A program made the translations under genes and the position numbers. A model generated the notes under the pieces. That model searched no databases. It was given only the letters and a program-made list of their open reading frames with translations, and was not told where the DNA came from. Positions 55,793 through 64,000 of a DNA stretch of 64,000 nucleotides are shown here, piece after piece; position 1 is the stretch's first letter; every line of letters begins with the position of its first letter. Where the stretch lies: the NCBI GenBank assembly GCA_049430945.1, contig JBMTCO010000005.1, forward strand, positions 1,001 through 65,000, written 5' to 3'. Source of the DNA: Cyclobacteriaceae bacterium (GTDB lineage Bacteria; Bacteroidota; Bacteroidia; Cytophagales; Cyclobacteriaceae).

Positions 55793-56908
55793 ATGACAGT
55801 TTACAGATTATTTTATTTCATGCTGATTTTAAGCATTTCAGCTTCGGCAACACTTTATGGTCAGGGCGGCATTTGCAAAATCACAGGCACAGCAGGTCCG
55901 AAGTTCCAGGGTTCTTTTAAGGCAGAAGCTATTGTATTCGGTAAACCCACTTCCTTTGAATCAGCTATCCAGAAAGGAAAATTTGAACTCAGCATCAATC
56001 AGCCTGCTCCCACTGCGTACAGGGTGAGCATTTCCGGAAAGCCGGAGGCAGGTAGTTTAACATTATTTTGTGATCACGGGGATGTCAAAATTCAGCTGGC
56101 AGGCGACAATTTTTCAGACGCAGAAGTCACAGGTTCAAAATCACAAACAGAATGGCTGGACTATGATCAGGGGGTTCAGGCTATTGAGGGCAAACTCAGG
56201 GCCGTTCAGGAGTATTTTGAAGAACTTGCCGAGAAAGGAGAAATCGGACCTAAAGAGGATAGTCTTCGGTTTGCTTTTCAATCTCTCTCTCAGGGAAAGG
56301 AAAATTTTATCAGATCCTGGATCTTAAATCACTCCGATTCATATGTGGCGCCGTTCATACTCGCTATTCAGTACGGTGCCAATCCCAGGGTAGATGTACT
56401 GAAGCCATTGTATACTCCTTTACAACCGGAAGTTAAGTCCAGCTATTACGGAAAGGTAATGGGTGAACTTGTTGAGAAACTGGATGCAGTGTCAATCGGA
56501 AAATCTGCCCCCTCATTTACTCAGGCTGACCCTGAGGGGAAGCAGGTTTCACTTGAATCATTCCGCGGAAAATATGTGCTGCTGGATTTCTGGGCAAGCT
56601 GGTGCGGCCCCTGCAGACAGGAAAATCCAAACCTTGTAAAAACATATCAGAGGTTCAGGGATCACCTGACCATTCTGGGCATTTCACTTGATCAGAAACG
56701 AGAGCCATGGCTCAAGGCTATTAAAGACGATCAGCTGATCTGGCAGCAGGTCTCAGACCTTAAAGGCTGGAGCAACGAGGTTGCAGGGAAGTACCAGGTA
56801 AGATCCATTCCCGATAATTTCCTTCTGGATAAGGAAGGCCGGATTATTGCCCGGGGTCTGCGAGGTGCAGATCTTGACAGGGCACTTGAGAAACTTTTAA
56901 AGCCATAA
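55793..56908 (+). CDS. TlpA-family disulfide reductase with N-terminal DUF4369-like domain
   Basis: Signal peptide, GKSAPSF, LLDFWASWCGPCRQENP, ISLD, IP.NFLLD. Confidence 0.9.
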   Translation: MTVYRLFYFMLILSISASATLYGQGGICKITGTAGPKFQGSFKAEAIVFGKPTSFESAIQKGKFELSINQPAPTAYRVSISGKPEAGSLTLFCDHGDVKIQLAGDNFSDAEVTGSKSQTEWLDYDQGVQAIEGKLRAVQEYFEELAEKGEIGPKEDSLRFAFQSLSQGKENFIRSWILNHSDSYVAPFILAIQYGANPRVDVLKPLYTPLQPEVKSSYYGKVMGELVEKLDAVSIGKSAPSFTQADPEGKQVSLESFRGKYVLLDFWASWCGPCRQENPNLVKTYQRFRDHLTILGISLDQKREPWLKAIKDDQLIWQQVSDLKGWSNEVAGKYQVRSIPDNFLLDKEGRIIARGLRGADLDRALEKLLKP

Positions 56909-56936
56909 AAAAAGCCCTCTGTATGAGGGCTTTTTT
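56908..56936. terminator. Bidirectional Rho-independent terminator
   Basis: AAAAAAGCCCTC-TGTAT-GAGGGCTTTTTT. Confidence 0.85.
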
Positions 56937-56957
56937 AGGAATATACTGAGACAGTAA

Positions 56958-58268
<1,311 letters not shown>

Positions 58269-59378
58269 TCAGGCAGTAACCTGAACGGATGATTTAATAT
58301 TTGAAATGAACTGGTCAAACAGATACCTGGAATCGTGAGGTCCCGGAGATGCTTCAGGATGGTACTGAACGGAAAATGCTTTTTTATCTTTTAGTCTTAT
58401 TCCCATGATCGTACCATCATTGAGATGGACATGAGTAACTTCCACCTCCGGATGGTTTTCAATACCCTCCTTACTGACTGCAAAGCCATGATTCTGGGAA
58501 GTCATTTCACCGAGGCCTGTCAAAAGATTTTTTACTGGATGATTGAGACCGCGGTGGCCATGGTGCATTTTAAAAGTTTTAAGTCCCGCAGCAATTGCCA
58601 GGATCTGATGGCCCAGGCAAATACCAAAAACAGGCTTTCCGGAGTTGAGAATTTCTTTTGCGGTGGCCACTGCATACGTCATTACGGACGGATCGCCGGG
58701 ACCGTTGGACAAAAAATATCCGTCGGGTCCCCATGCCTGAAGTTCAGCAAACGGAGTTTTAGCGGGGAATACTTTTACAAGGGATCCTCTTTCGTTGAGG
58801 CATCGCACGATATTGGTTTTGATGCCAAAATCAAGTGCAGCGATTTTTATTTGTGCTCCCGGATCACCCGACTCATAGGGTGCAGTTGTTGAAACTACTG
58901 AAGAAAGCTCCAAGCCATTCATATCAGGAACGGAAGCAAGCCTTTCCTGAAGCTGTTCAGGAGTGAGATCGGAAGAAATAACTGCATTCATGGCCCCTTT
59001 GCTGCGGAGGTGTCTTACAAGCATCCGTGTGTCCAGGTCAGCGATACCCACCACACCATGTTTTTCAAGATACTGCTGAAGGCTTTCGCGGGCTGTTTTG
59101 CGGCTGAATTCAGAGGAAAAATCATTAACGACCAGACCGCTGATTTTAGGTCTGTCACTTTCCTGTTCCTCGTTTACTGTTCCATAGTTGCCGATGTGCG
59201 CTGCGGTATTTACAATGATCTGACCAAAATACGAGGGGTCTGTGTAGATCTCCTGATAGCCGGTCATACCTGTATTGAAACAAATCTCACCGCCGGTGGT
59301 TCCGAGTTTTCCGATGGCAGTACCTTCCAGCATCAAGCCATCCTGAAGAAGTAAATAAGCCTTTTGGATCTGAGACAT
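58269..59378 (-). CDS. carA: Carbamoyl-phosphate synthase small subunit
   Basis: FNTGMTGYQE, SNGPGDP, GICLGHQ, SQNHGF, QYHPEASPGP. ATG 59378 follows a TATTTTTG box at 59394-59401. Confidence 0.97.
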   Translation of the reverse strand: MSQIQKAYLLLQDGLMLEGTAIGKLGTTGGEICFNTGMTGYQEIYTDPSYFGQIIVNTAAHIGNYGTVNEEQESDRPKISGLVVNDFSSEFSRKTARESLQQYLEKHGVVGIADLDTRMLVRHLRSKGAMNAVISSDLTPEQLQERLASVPDMNGLELSSVVSTTAPYESGDPGAQIKIAALDFGIKTNIVRCLNERGSLVKVFPAKTPFAELQAWGPDGYFLSNGPGDPSVMTYAVATAKEILNSGKPVFGICLGHQILAIAAGLKTFKMHHGHRGLNHPVKNLLTGLGEMTSQNHGFAVSKEGIENHPEVEVTHVHLNDGTIMGIRLKDKKAFSVQYHPEASPGPHDSRYLFDQFISNIKSSVQVTA

Positions 59379-59467
59379 TTCGTTGGGGTTTTGCAAAAAT
59401 AACCTTGTGGGTCTTTTTTTCAGTTATCTGGGTACGGTATTTTGGGGTATAGGACTCTTAAAATAAA

Positions 59468-59492
59468 AAAGGGATTGAATTTCAATCCCTTT
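59468..59492 (-). terminator. Rho-independent terminator at the end of the alpha operon
   Basis: AAAGGGATTGAA-T-TTCAATCCCTTT with a U-tract on the - strand. Confidence 0.85.
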
Positions 59493-59514
59493 GATATTTG
59501 AGGTCCAAATGTCA

Positions 59515-59988
59515 TCACTCCTTTTCAGTTTCGGCTGCAGGAGCTGCAGTTGTTTCTTGTTTTGTGGCCTTGGTACGTGAACGGCGGGTTTTGGCCTTTT
59601 TGGCTGCTCCCTCCTTCTTATAAACATCATTGAAGTCAACAAGCTCCATCATACACATATCAGATCCGTCACCCAGGCGGGCATCTCCGAGTTTAATAAT
59701 CCGGGTGTATCCACCTTTGCGGTCAGTAATGCGTCCGGCTACTTCACCGAACAGGGATTTCATGCTTTCTTTGTTCTGAAGGTAGGACATCACCACACGG
59801 CGTGAGTGCGTCGTATCTTCCTTTGATCGTGTAAGCAGAGGTTCCACATACTTACGGAGCGCTTTCGCTTTTGCTACCGTTGTGGTAATGCGCTTATTAA
59901 GGATTAAGGAAGAAGCCAGATTTGACAGCAACGCGTGGCGATGCGCAGTCTTTCTTCCCAAGTGATTAACTTTTTTACCGTGCCTCAT
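59515..59988 (-). CDS. rplQ: 50S ribosomal protein L17
   Basis: [20 protein letters not shown]. Confidence 0.99.
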   Translation of the reverse strand: MRHGKKVNHLGRKTAHRHALLSNLASSLILNKRITTTVAKAKALRKYVEPLLTRSKEDTTHSRRVVMSYLQNKESMKSLFGEVAGRITDRKGGYTRIIKLGDARLGDGSDMCMMELVDFNDVYKKEGAAKKAKTRRSRTKATKQETTAAPAAETEKE

Positions 59989-59991
59989 AAC

Positions 59992-60981
59992 TTAGTCTTC
60001 TTCAAGTTTATACTTAATCAGGTCCATTCCGAAGGTGAGTCCCTTTTCAGCCACGAGCTGCTCAAGCTCTGCCAGGGACTTTTTACCAAAGTTGCGGAAC
60101 TTCATCATATCAGAAATTTCAAGCTGTACCAGGTCTCCGAGTGTCTTAACATCAGCTGCCTTAAGGCAGTTGTAAGCACGCACTGAGAGGTCAAGGTCAT
60201 GAAGTGAGGTTTTGAGAAGTTTACGCATGTGCAGTAATTCTTCGTCAACCTGCTCAATTTCACTGTCCTTTCCAGTTTCAATTTCAATTGATTTGTCGGA
60301 GAACAGACGGAAGTGCTGAATCAATATGAAAGCAGCACCTTCAAGAGCCTTTTCCGGATGAATAGATCCATCTGTTTCAATATCGATTACGAGTTTTTCG
60401 TAGTCGGTTTTTTGCTCAACGCGGGTATTCTCAACGCTGTACTTAACATTTTTAATGGGCGTGAAAATTGCGTCGATCGGAATAAATCCGAAAACCTGTT
60501 CATTGGGTTTGTTTTCTTCTGCAGGAAGGTAACCGCGTCCTTTTTCAATTGTCAATTCAATTTCAAAGTGCGCTGAATCATCCAGGTTGCAGATTACCAG
60601 TTCCGGGTTAAGGATTTCAAATCCTGCTGTTGCCTTTCCGATATCGGAAGCCTTGAACTGCTTTTGCTTTTTAACAGCAATGGTAATACGTGATTCAGGC
60701 GCATCTGAAACTTTACGGAAACGAACCTGTTTCAGGTTTAGGATGATTTCAGCCACATCCTCAACAACACCTTCAATGGTAGAAAACTCATGCAGCACAC
60801 CAGGAACTTTAATTCCTGTGATTGCATAGCCTTCAAGGGAAGAAAGGAGGATTCTTCTGAGTGCATTCCCTATGGTTACACCATAGCCCTTTTCAAGGGG
60901 CTTGAAAGTAAACATCCCGTGGAAGTCATCTGACTTCTCCATGACCACCTTATCGGGCATTTGAAATGCTAGTATTGACAT
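59992..60981 (-). CDS. rpoA: RNA polymerase alpha subunit
   Basis: [38 protein letters not shown]. Confidence 0.99.
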   Translation of the reverse strand: MSILAFQMPDKVVMEKSDDFHGMFTFKPLEKGYGVTIGNALRRILLSSLEGYAITGIKVPGVLHEFSTIEGVVEDVAEIILNLKQVRFRKVSDAPESRITIAVKKQKQFKASDIGKATAGFEILNPELVICNLDDSAHFEIELTIEKGRGYLPAEENKPNEQVFGFIPIDAIFTPIKNVKYSVENTRVEQKTDYEKLVIDIETDGSIHPEKALEGAAFILIQHFRLFSDKSIEIETGKDSEIEQVDEELLHMRKLLKTSLHDLDLSVRAYNCLKAADVKTLGDLVQLEISDMMKFRNFGKKSLAELEQLVAEKGLTFGMDLIKYKLEED

Positions 60982-60998
60982 ATTCGTGTTTTTAAATA

Positions 60999-61604
60999 TT
61001 ACTTGGAGTACAATTCGACAATCAGCTGCTCATTAATTGTTTCAGGAATATCCTGTCGGGCAGGCAATGCGATGAACTTACCTGTCATATCTGTTCCGTC
61101 CCATTCAAGCCAGTTATACTTGGAAGCAGAACCTCTGGACAAACTTTCAACCACTGTTTCCAGAGATTTAGATTTTTCACGTACGCCAACCTGATCACCT
61201 GGACGAAGGTTGTATGAAGGATAGTTTACTACCTCTCCATTTACGACGATGTGCTTGTGAATTACCAGCTGACGTGCTGCACGGCGTGTGGGTGCAATAC
61301 CTAAACGGTATACAGTGTTGTCCAATCTGGATTCCAAAAGCTGAAGGAGTACCTCACCTGTTACACCCTTTTTACTTGTTGCCTTCACAAAGGTGTGTGC
61401 AAACTGTCTTTCCAGCAGGCCATAGATGTATTTAGCCTTCTGCTTTTCAGCAAGCTGGGTAGCATATTCAGACTGCTTGCGCTTACGGGTGCGGCCATGC
61501 TGTCCGGGGGGATGCGGTTTTCTTTCGTAAACCTTACTTTCACCGAGGATCGGCTGACCGAACTTGCGGGAAATTCTGACTTTTGGTCCTGTATATCTTG
61601 CCAT
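60999..61604 (-). CDS. rpsD: 30S ribosomal protein S4
   Basis: [36 protein letters not shown]. Confidence 0.99.
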   Translation of the reverse strand: MARYTGPKVRISRKFGQPILGESKVYERKPHPPGQHGRTRKRKQSEYATQLAEKQKAKYIYGLLERQFAHTFVKATSKKGVTGEVLLQLLESRLDNTVYRLGIAPTRRAARQLVIHKHIVVNGEVVNYPSYNLRPGDQVGVREKSKSLETVVESLSRGSASKYNWLEWDGTDMTGKFIALPARQDIPETINEQLIVELYSK

Positions 61605-61635
61605 TTGGGTAGATAGATTTTCGTTCGGTTAATAA

Positions 61636-62040
61636 TTAGATTCTGCGACGCTTAGGAGGACGGCAGCCATTGTGGGGCAGCGGCGTTACATCGCGGATAA
61701 TCAGCACTTCAAGGCCTACCCCCTGAATGGTACGAATTGCTGACTCACGTCCTGCACCGGGTCCTTTAACAAAAACCTCCACTTTCCTCATGCCGAGTTC
61801 AAAGGCCTTGGTTGCACAATCCTGTGCGGCCATTTGAGCGGCATAGGGTGTGTTCTTTTTAGATCCTTTAAAACCCATTTTGCCGGCGGAGGCCCAAGCC
61901 ACCACCTGGCCGGTTGAGTTGGTGATTGATACAATAATATTATTGAAGGTTGCCTGGATGTGAGCCTCTCCTGAGGTCTCTACAACAACAGTGCGCTTTT
62001 TACTTTTATCCTTCTTTTTTTCTACCTGTGCAGTTGCCAT
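61636..62040 (-). CDS. rpsK: 30S ribosomal protein S11
   Basis: [36 protein letters not shown]. Confidence 0.99.
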   Translation of the reverse strand: MATAQVEKKKDKSKKRTVVVETSGEAHIQATFNNIIVSITNSTGQVVAWASAGKMGFKGSKKNTPYAAQMAAQDCATKAFELGMRKVEVFVKGPGAGRESAIRTIQGVGLEVLIIRDVTPLPHNGCRPPKRRRI

Positions 62041-62057
62041 TGAATAATCTTTATCAA

Positions 62058-62438
62058 TTAACCTTTAGTTGCTTTTTTCTTATTTGCCACAGTCTTACGC
62101 TTTCCCTTTCTGGTGCGGGCGTTGTTCTTAGTAGTTTGACCGCGTACGGGAAGGCCTTTGCGATGACGCAGGCCACGATAAGAACCGATGTCCATCAATC
62201 GCTTGATGCTCAGCTGGATTTCTGATTTCAGCAATCCTTCAATCTTGAACTTTTCAGCGATGATTGCACGGATGGCATTGGACTCTTCATCAGTCCATTC
62301 CTTTACGCGCTTATCAAAGTTTACACCAGCCTGTGCTAGAATCCGCTGTGCGGAACTGCGGCCAATGCCAAAAATGTATGTGAGACCAATCTCACCTCTT
62401 TTGTTGTCCGGAATATCAACACCTGCTATACGTGCCAT
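62058..62438 (-). CDS. rpsM: 30S ribosomal protein S13
   Basis: [35 protein letters not shown]. Confidence 0.99.
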   Translation of the reverse strand: MARIAGVDIPDNKRGEIGLTYIFGIGRSSAQRILAQAGVNFDKRVKEWTDEESNAIRAIIAEKFKIEGLLKSEIQLSIKRLMDIGSYRGLRHRKGLPVRGQTTKNNARTRKGKRKTVANKKKATKG

Positions 62439-62466
62439 GTGTATTGTTTAATGTTTTAGTCAATGT

Positions 62467-62583
62467 TTATCCCTGACGCTGCTTATAGCGTGGGTTCTTT
62501 TTGTTGATTACATACAGCTTTCCTTTCCGACGGATGATCTTACAGTCGGCGCTGCGTTTTTTAATAGATGCCCTTACTTTCAT
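62467..62583 (-). CDS. rpmJ: 50S ribosomal protein L36 (absent from the ORF track, 38 aa)
   Basis: Manual translation gives [38 protein letters not shown]. Confidence 0.98.
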   Translation of the reverse strand: MKVRASIKKRSADCKIIRRKGKLYVINKKNPRYKQRQG

Positions 62584-62584
62584 A

Positions 62585-62803
62585 CTATTTGTATCTAAAA
62601 GTTATCCTTCCTTTTGTTAAATCATATGGCGACATCTCCAGTTTTACTCTGTCTCCGGGCAAGAGTCGGATGTAATGCATCCTCATTTTGCCTGAGATAT
62701 GAGCGAGCACTTCGTGACCATTTTCAAGCTGTACCCTGAATGTTGCATTCGAGAGTGCTTCAAGAATGGTTCCGTCCTGCTCTATTGACTTTTGTTTCGC
62801 CAC
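62585..62803 (-). CDS. infA: Translation initiation factor IF-1 (GTG start)
   Basis: [38 protein letters not shown]. Confidence 0.98.
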   Translation of the reverse strand: MAKQKSIEQDGTILEALSNATFRVQLENGHEVLAHISGKMRMHYIRLLPGDRVKLEMSPYDLTKGRITFRYK

Positions 62804-63576
62804 TTTATACTATAATTTTCTTCAATATATACGTGTGTCGTCAGTACCTCAGTTTGTCCGTCAAGTATGGCTACCATATGCTCAAAATGAGCAGAAGGTT
62901 TCCGGTCTTTGGTGCGGATGGTCCATCCATCTCTTTCCTGAACCACCTCTCTGGTTCCCATGTTGATCATCGGCTCTATTGCGAAGACCATTCCGGGCAC
63001 CAGCTTAACTCCTGAACCACGTTTGCCATAATTCGGGATTTCAGGTTCTTCATGGAGGTTTTTACCAACTCCATGTCCAACCAGCTCCCTCACTACGCCG
63101 TAGCCAAAAGACTCAACATAGCTTTGAATGGCATGACCGATGTCGCCTGTCCGGTTACCGGCCGTTGCAACCCGAATTCCCAGTAACAGGGAATCATAGG
63201 TACGTTGCAAAAGGTTCAGTACATCCTGACCAACGCCGGGCAGCGGATAGGTGTAGGCGGAATCACTATGAAATCCGGCCAGCTCCACTCCGCAGTCTAC
63301 AGCGATCACATCATCTTCCTTCAGCTCATATTTTCCAGGGAACCCGTGCACCACCACTTCGTTAACCGAAATGCAAAGTGTTGCGGGGAAACCGCGGTAA
63401 TTTTTGAACGAAGGTTTTCCGCCATGATCGCGGATAAACACTTCGGCCACCTTATCCAGCTCGGAGGTTTTTACACCTGGCTTAACCATCTTAGCGATCT
63501 CTCCATGCGTTCTTGCAAGAAGTTCAGCGCTTTTTCTGATTAGCTCTATTTCTCCGGCAGTCTTCAGGTGTACCAT
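62782..63576 (-). CDS. map: Methionine aminopeptidase type I
   Basis: [16 protein letters not shown]...SDSA, GHGVG..LHEEP, AIEPM, SAHFEH. Confidence 0.97.
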   Translation of the reverse strand: MVHLKTAGEIELIRKSAELLARTHGEIAKMVKPGVKTSELDKVAEVFIRDHGGKPSFKNYRGFPATLCISVNEVVVHGFPGKYELKEDDVIAVDCGVELAGFHSDSAYTYPLPGVGQDVLNLLQRTYDSLLLGIRVATAGNRTGDIGHAIQSYVESFGYGVVRELVGHGVGKNLHEEPEIPNYGKRGSGVKLVPGMVFAIEPMINMGTREVVQERDGWTIRTKDRKPSAHFEHMVAILDGQTEVLTTHVYIEENYSIKWRNKSQ

Positions 63577-63582
63577 CAGCCC

Positions 63583-64000
63583 TTAAGCTGCAGCAAACTG
63601 AGAACGTCCTTTCACTCTGCCTGATTTCATCATTCCCTCATAATGCCGCATCAGCAGATGGCTTTCAATTTGCTGCAAGGTGTCGAGGATTACTCCCACC
63701 ATGATCAGCAAGGATGTGCCACCAAAAAACTGAGCGAAATTCTGTTGCACACCAGCTTTGACAGCAAAGGCCGGTAAAATGGCGATTGCAGCAAGAAAAA
63801 GTGCGCCGGGAAGGGTGATCCTGGACAGAACGGTATCTATAAATTCGGCAGTAGGCTTACCGGGTTTAATTCCGGGAATAAAACCGCCGTTTCTTTTCAA
63901 GTTGTCAGCCATGTCGTTTGAAGGAACAGTAATGGCTGTGTAGAAGAATGTAAACAATAAGATCAGGACTGCGAACAGGAGGTTATACTGCCAGCTTGTG
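63583..64000 (-). CDS. secY: Preprotein translocase SecY (3' part; gene starts beyond the window)
   Basis: The frame stays open to the window edge ([21 protein letters not shown]); [27 protein letters not shown]. Confidence 0.97.
   Translation of the reverse strand, partial: TSWQYNLLFAVLILLFTFFYTAITVPSNDMADNLKRNGGFIPGIKPGKPTAEFIDTVLSRITLPGALFLAAIAILPAFAVKAGVQQNFAQFFGGTSLLIMVGVILDTLQQIESHLLMRHYEGMMKSGRVKGRSQFAAA

Noticed and set aside
62467-62583. Zn-independent (C-minus) L36 as a zinc-starvation paralogue
   Set aside because: It lacks the Zn-ribbon cysteines, but it sits at the canonical infA-rpsM position and this form is ordinary for Bacteroidota.

Overview
Gene-dense chromosomal window from a Bacteroidota bacterium, most likely Cytophagales. 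Support: the ribosomal/RpoA sequences, gldH, a T9SS CTD plus PorP/SprF pair, and many TAnnTTTG (-7) promoter boxes. Most of it is housekeeping: ccmF-type heme lyase, MoxR with three PPIase/SurA-like genes, gldH, ricT/yaaT, purD, recQ, kdsD, manC-type, rlmB, sdaA, mlaD/amidase/lptD, divIVA/folB, a TonB-dependent receptor, nqrF, eno, carA, and the end of the spc/alpha ribosomal cluster (secY partial to rplQ). An accessory block at about 26.3-39.9 kb straddles a tRNA-Val(TAC) gene. It holds a soluble ClpB-D2-like AAA+/M41-peptidase fusion, an HTH-WYL regulator, a membrane-anchored HExxH zincin, a complete recD-recC-recB operon, a 62-aa acidic ORF and a Cys-rich Zn-ribbon ORF. The main finding is a palindrome, TTGTA-N7-TACAA, in three perfect copies and one degenerate copy. 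Each copy lies exactly 10 bp upstream of an imperfect -7 box in front of an accessory gene, which suggests an undescribed WYL-controlled regulon linking proteases to RecBCD. That the WYL protein is the binder is inference. No CRISPR array, integrase, transposase or rRNA was seen. Start codons were refined by eye where noted; no database searches were run.
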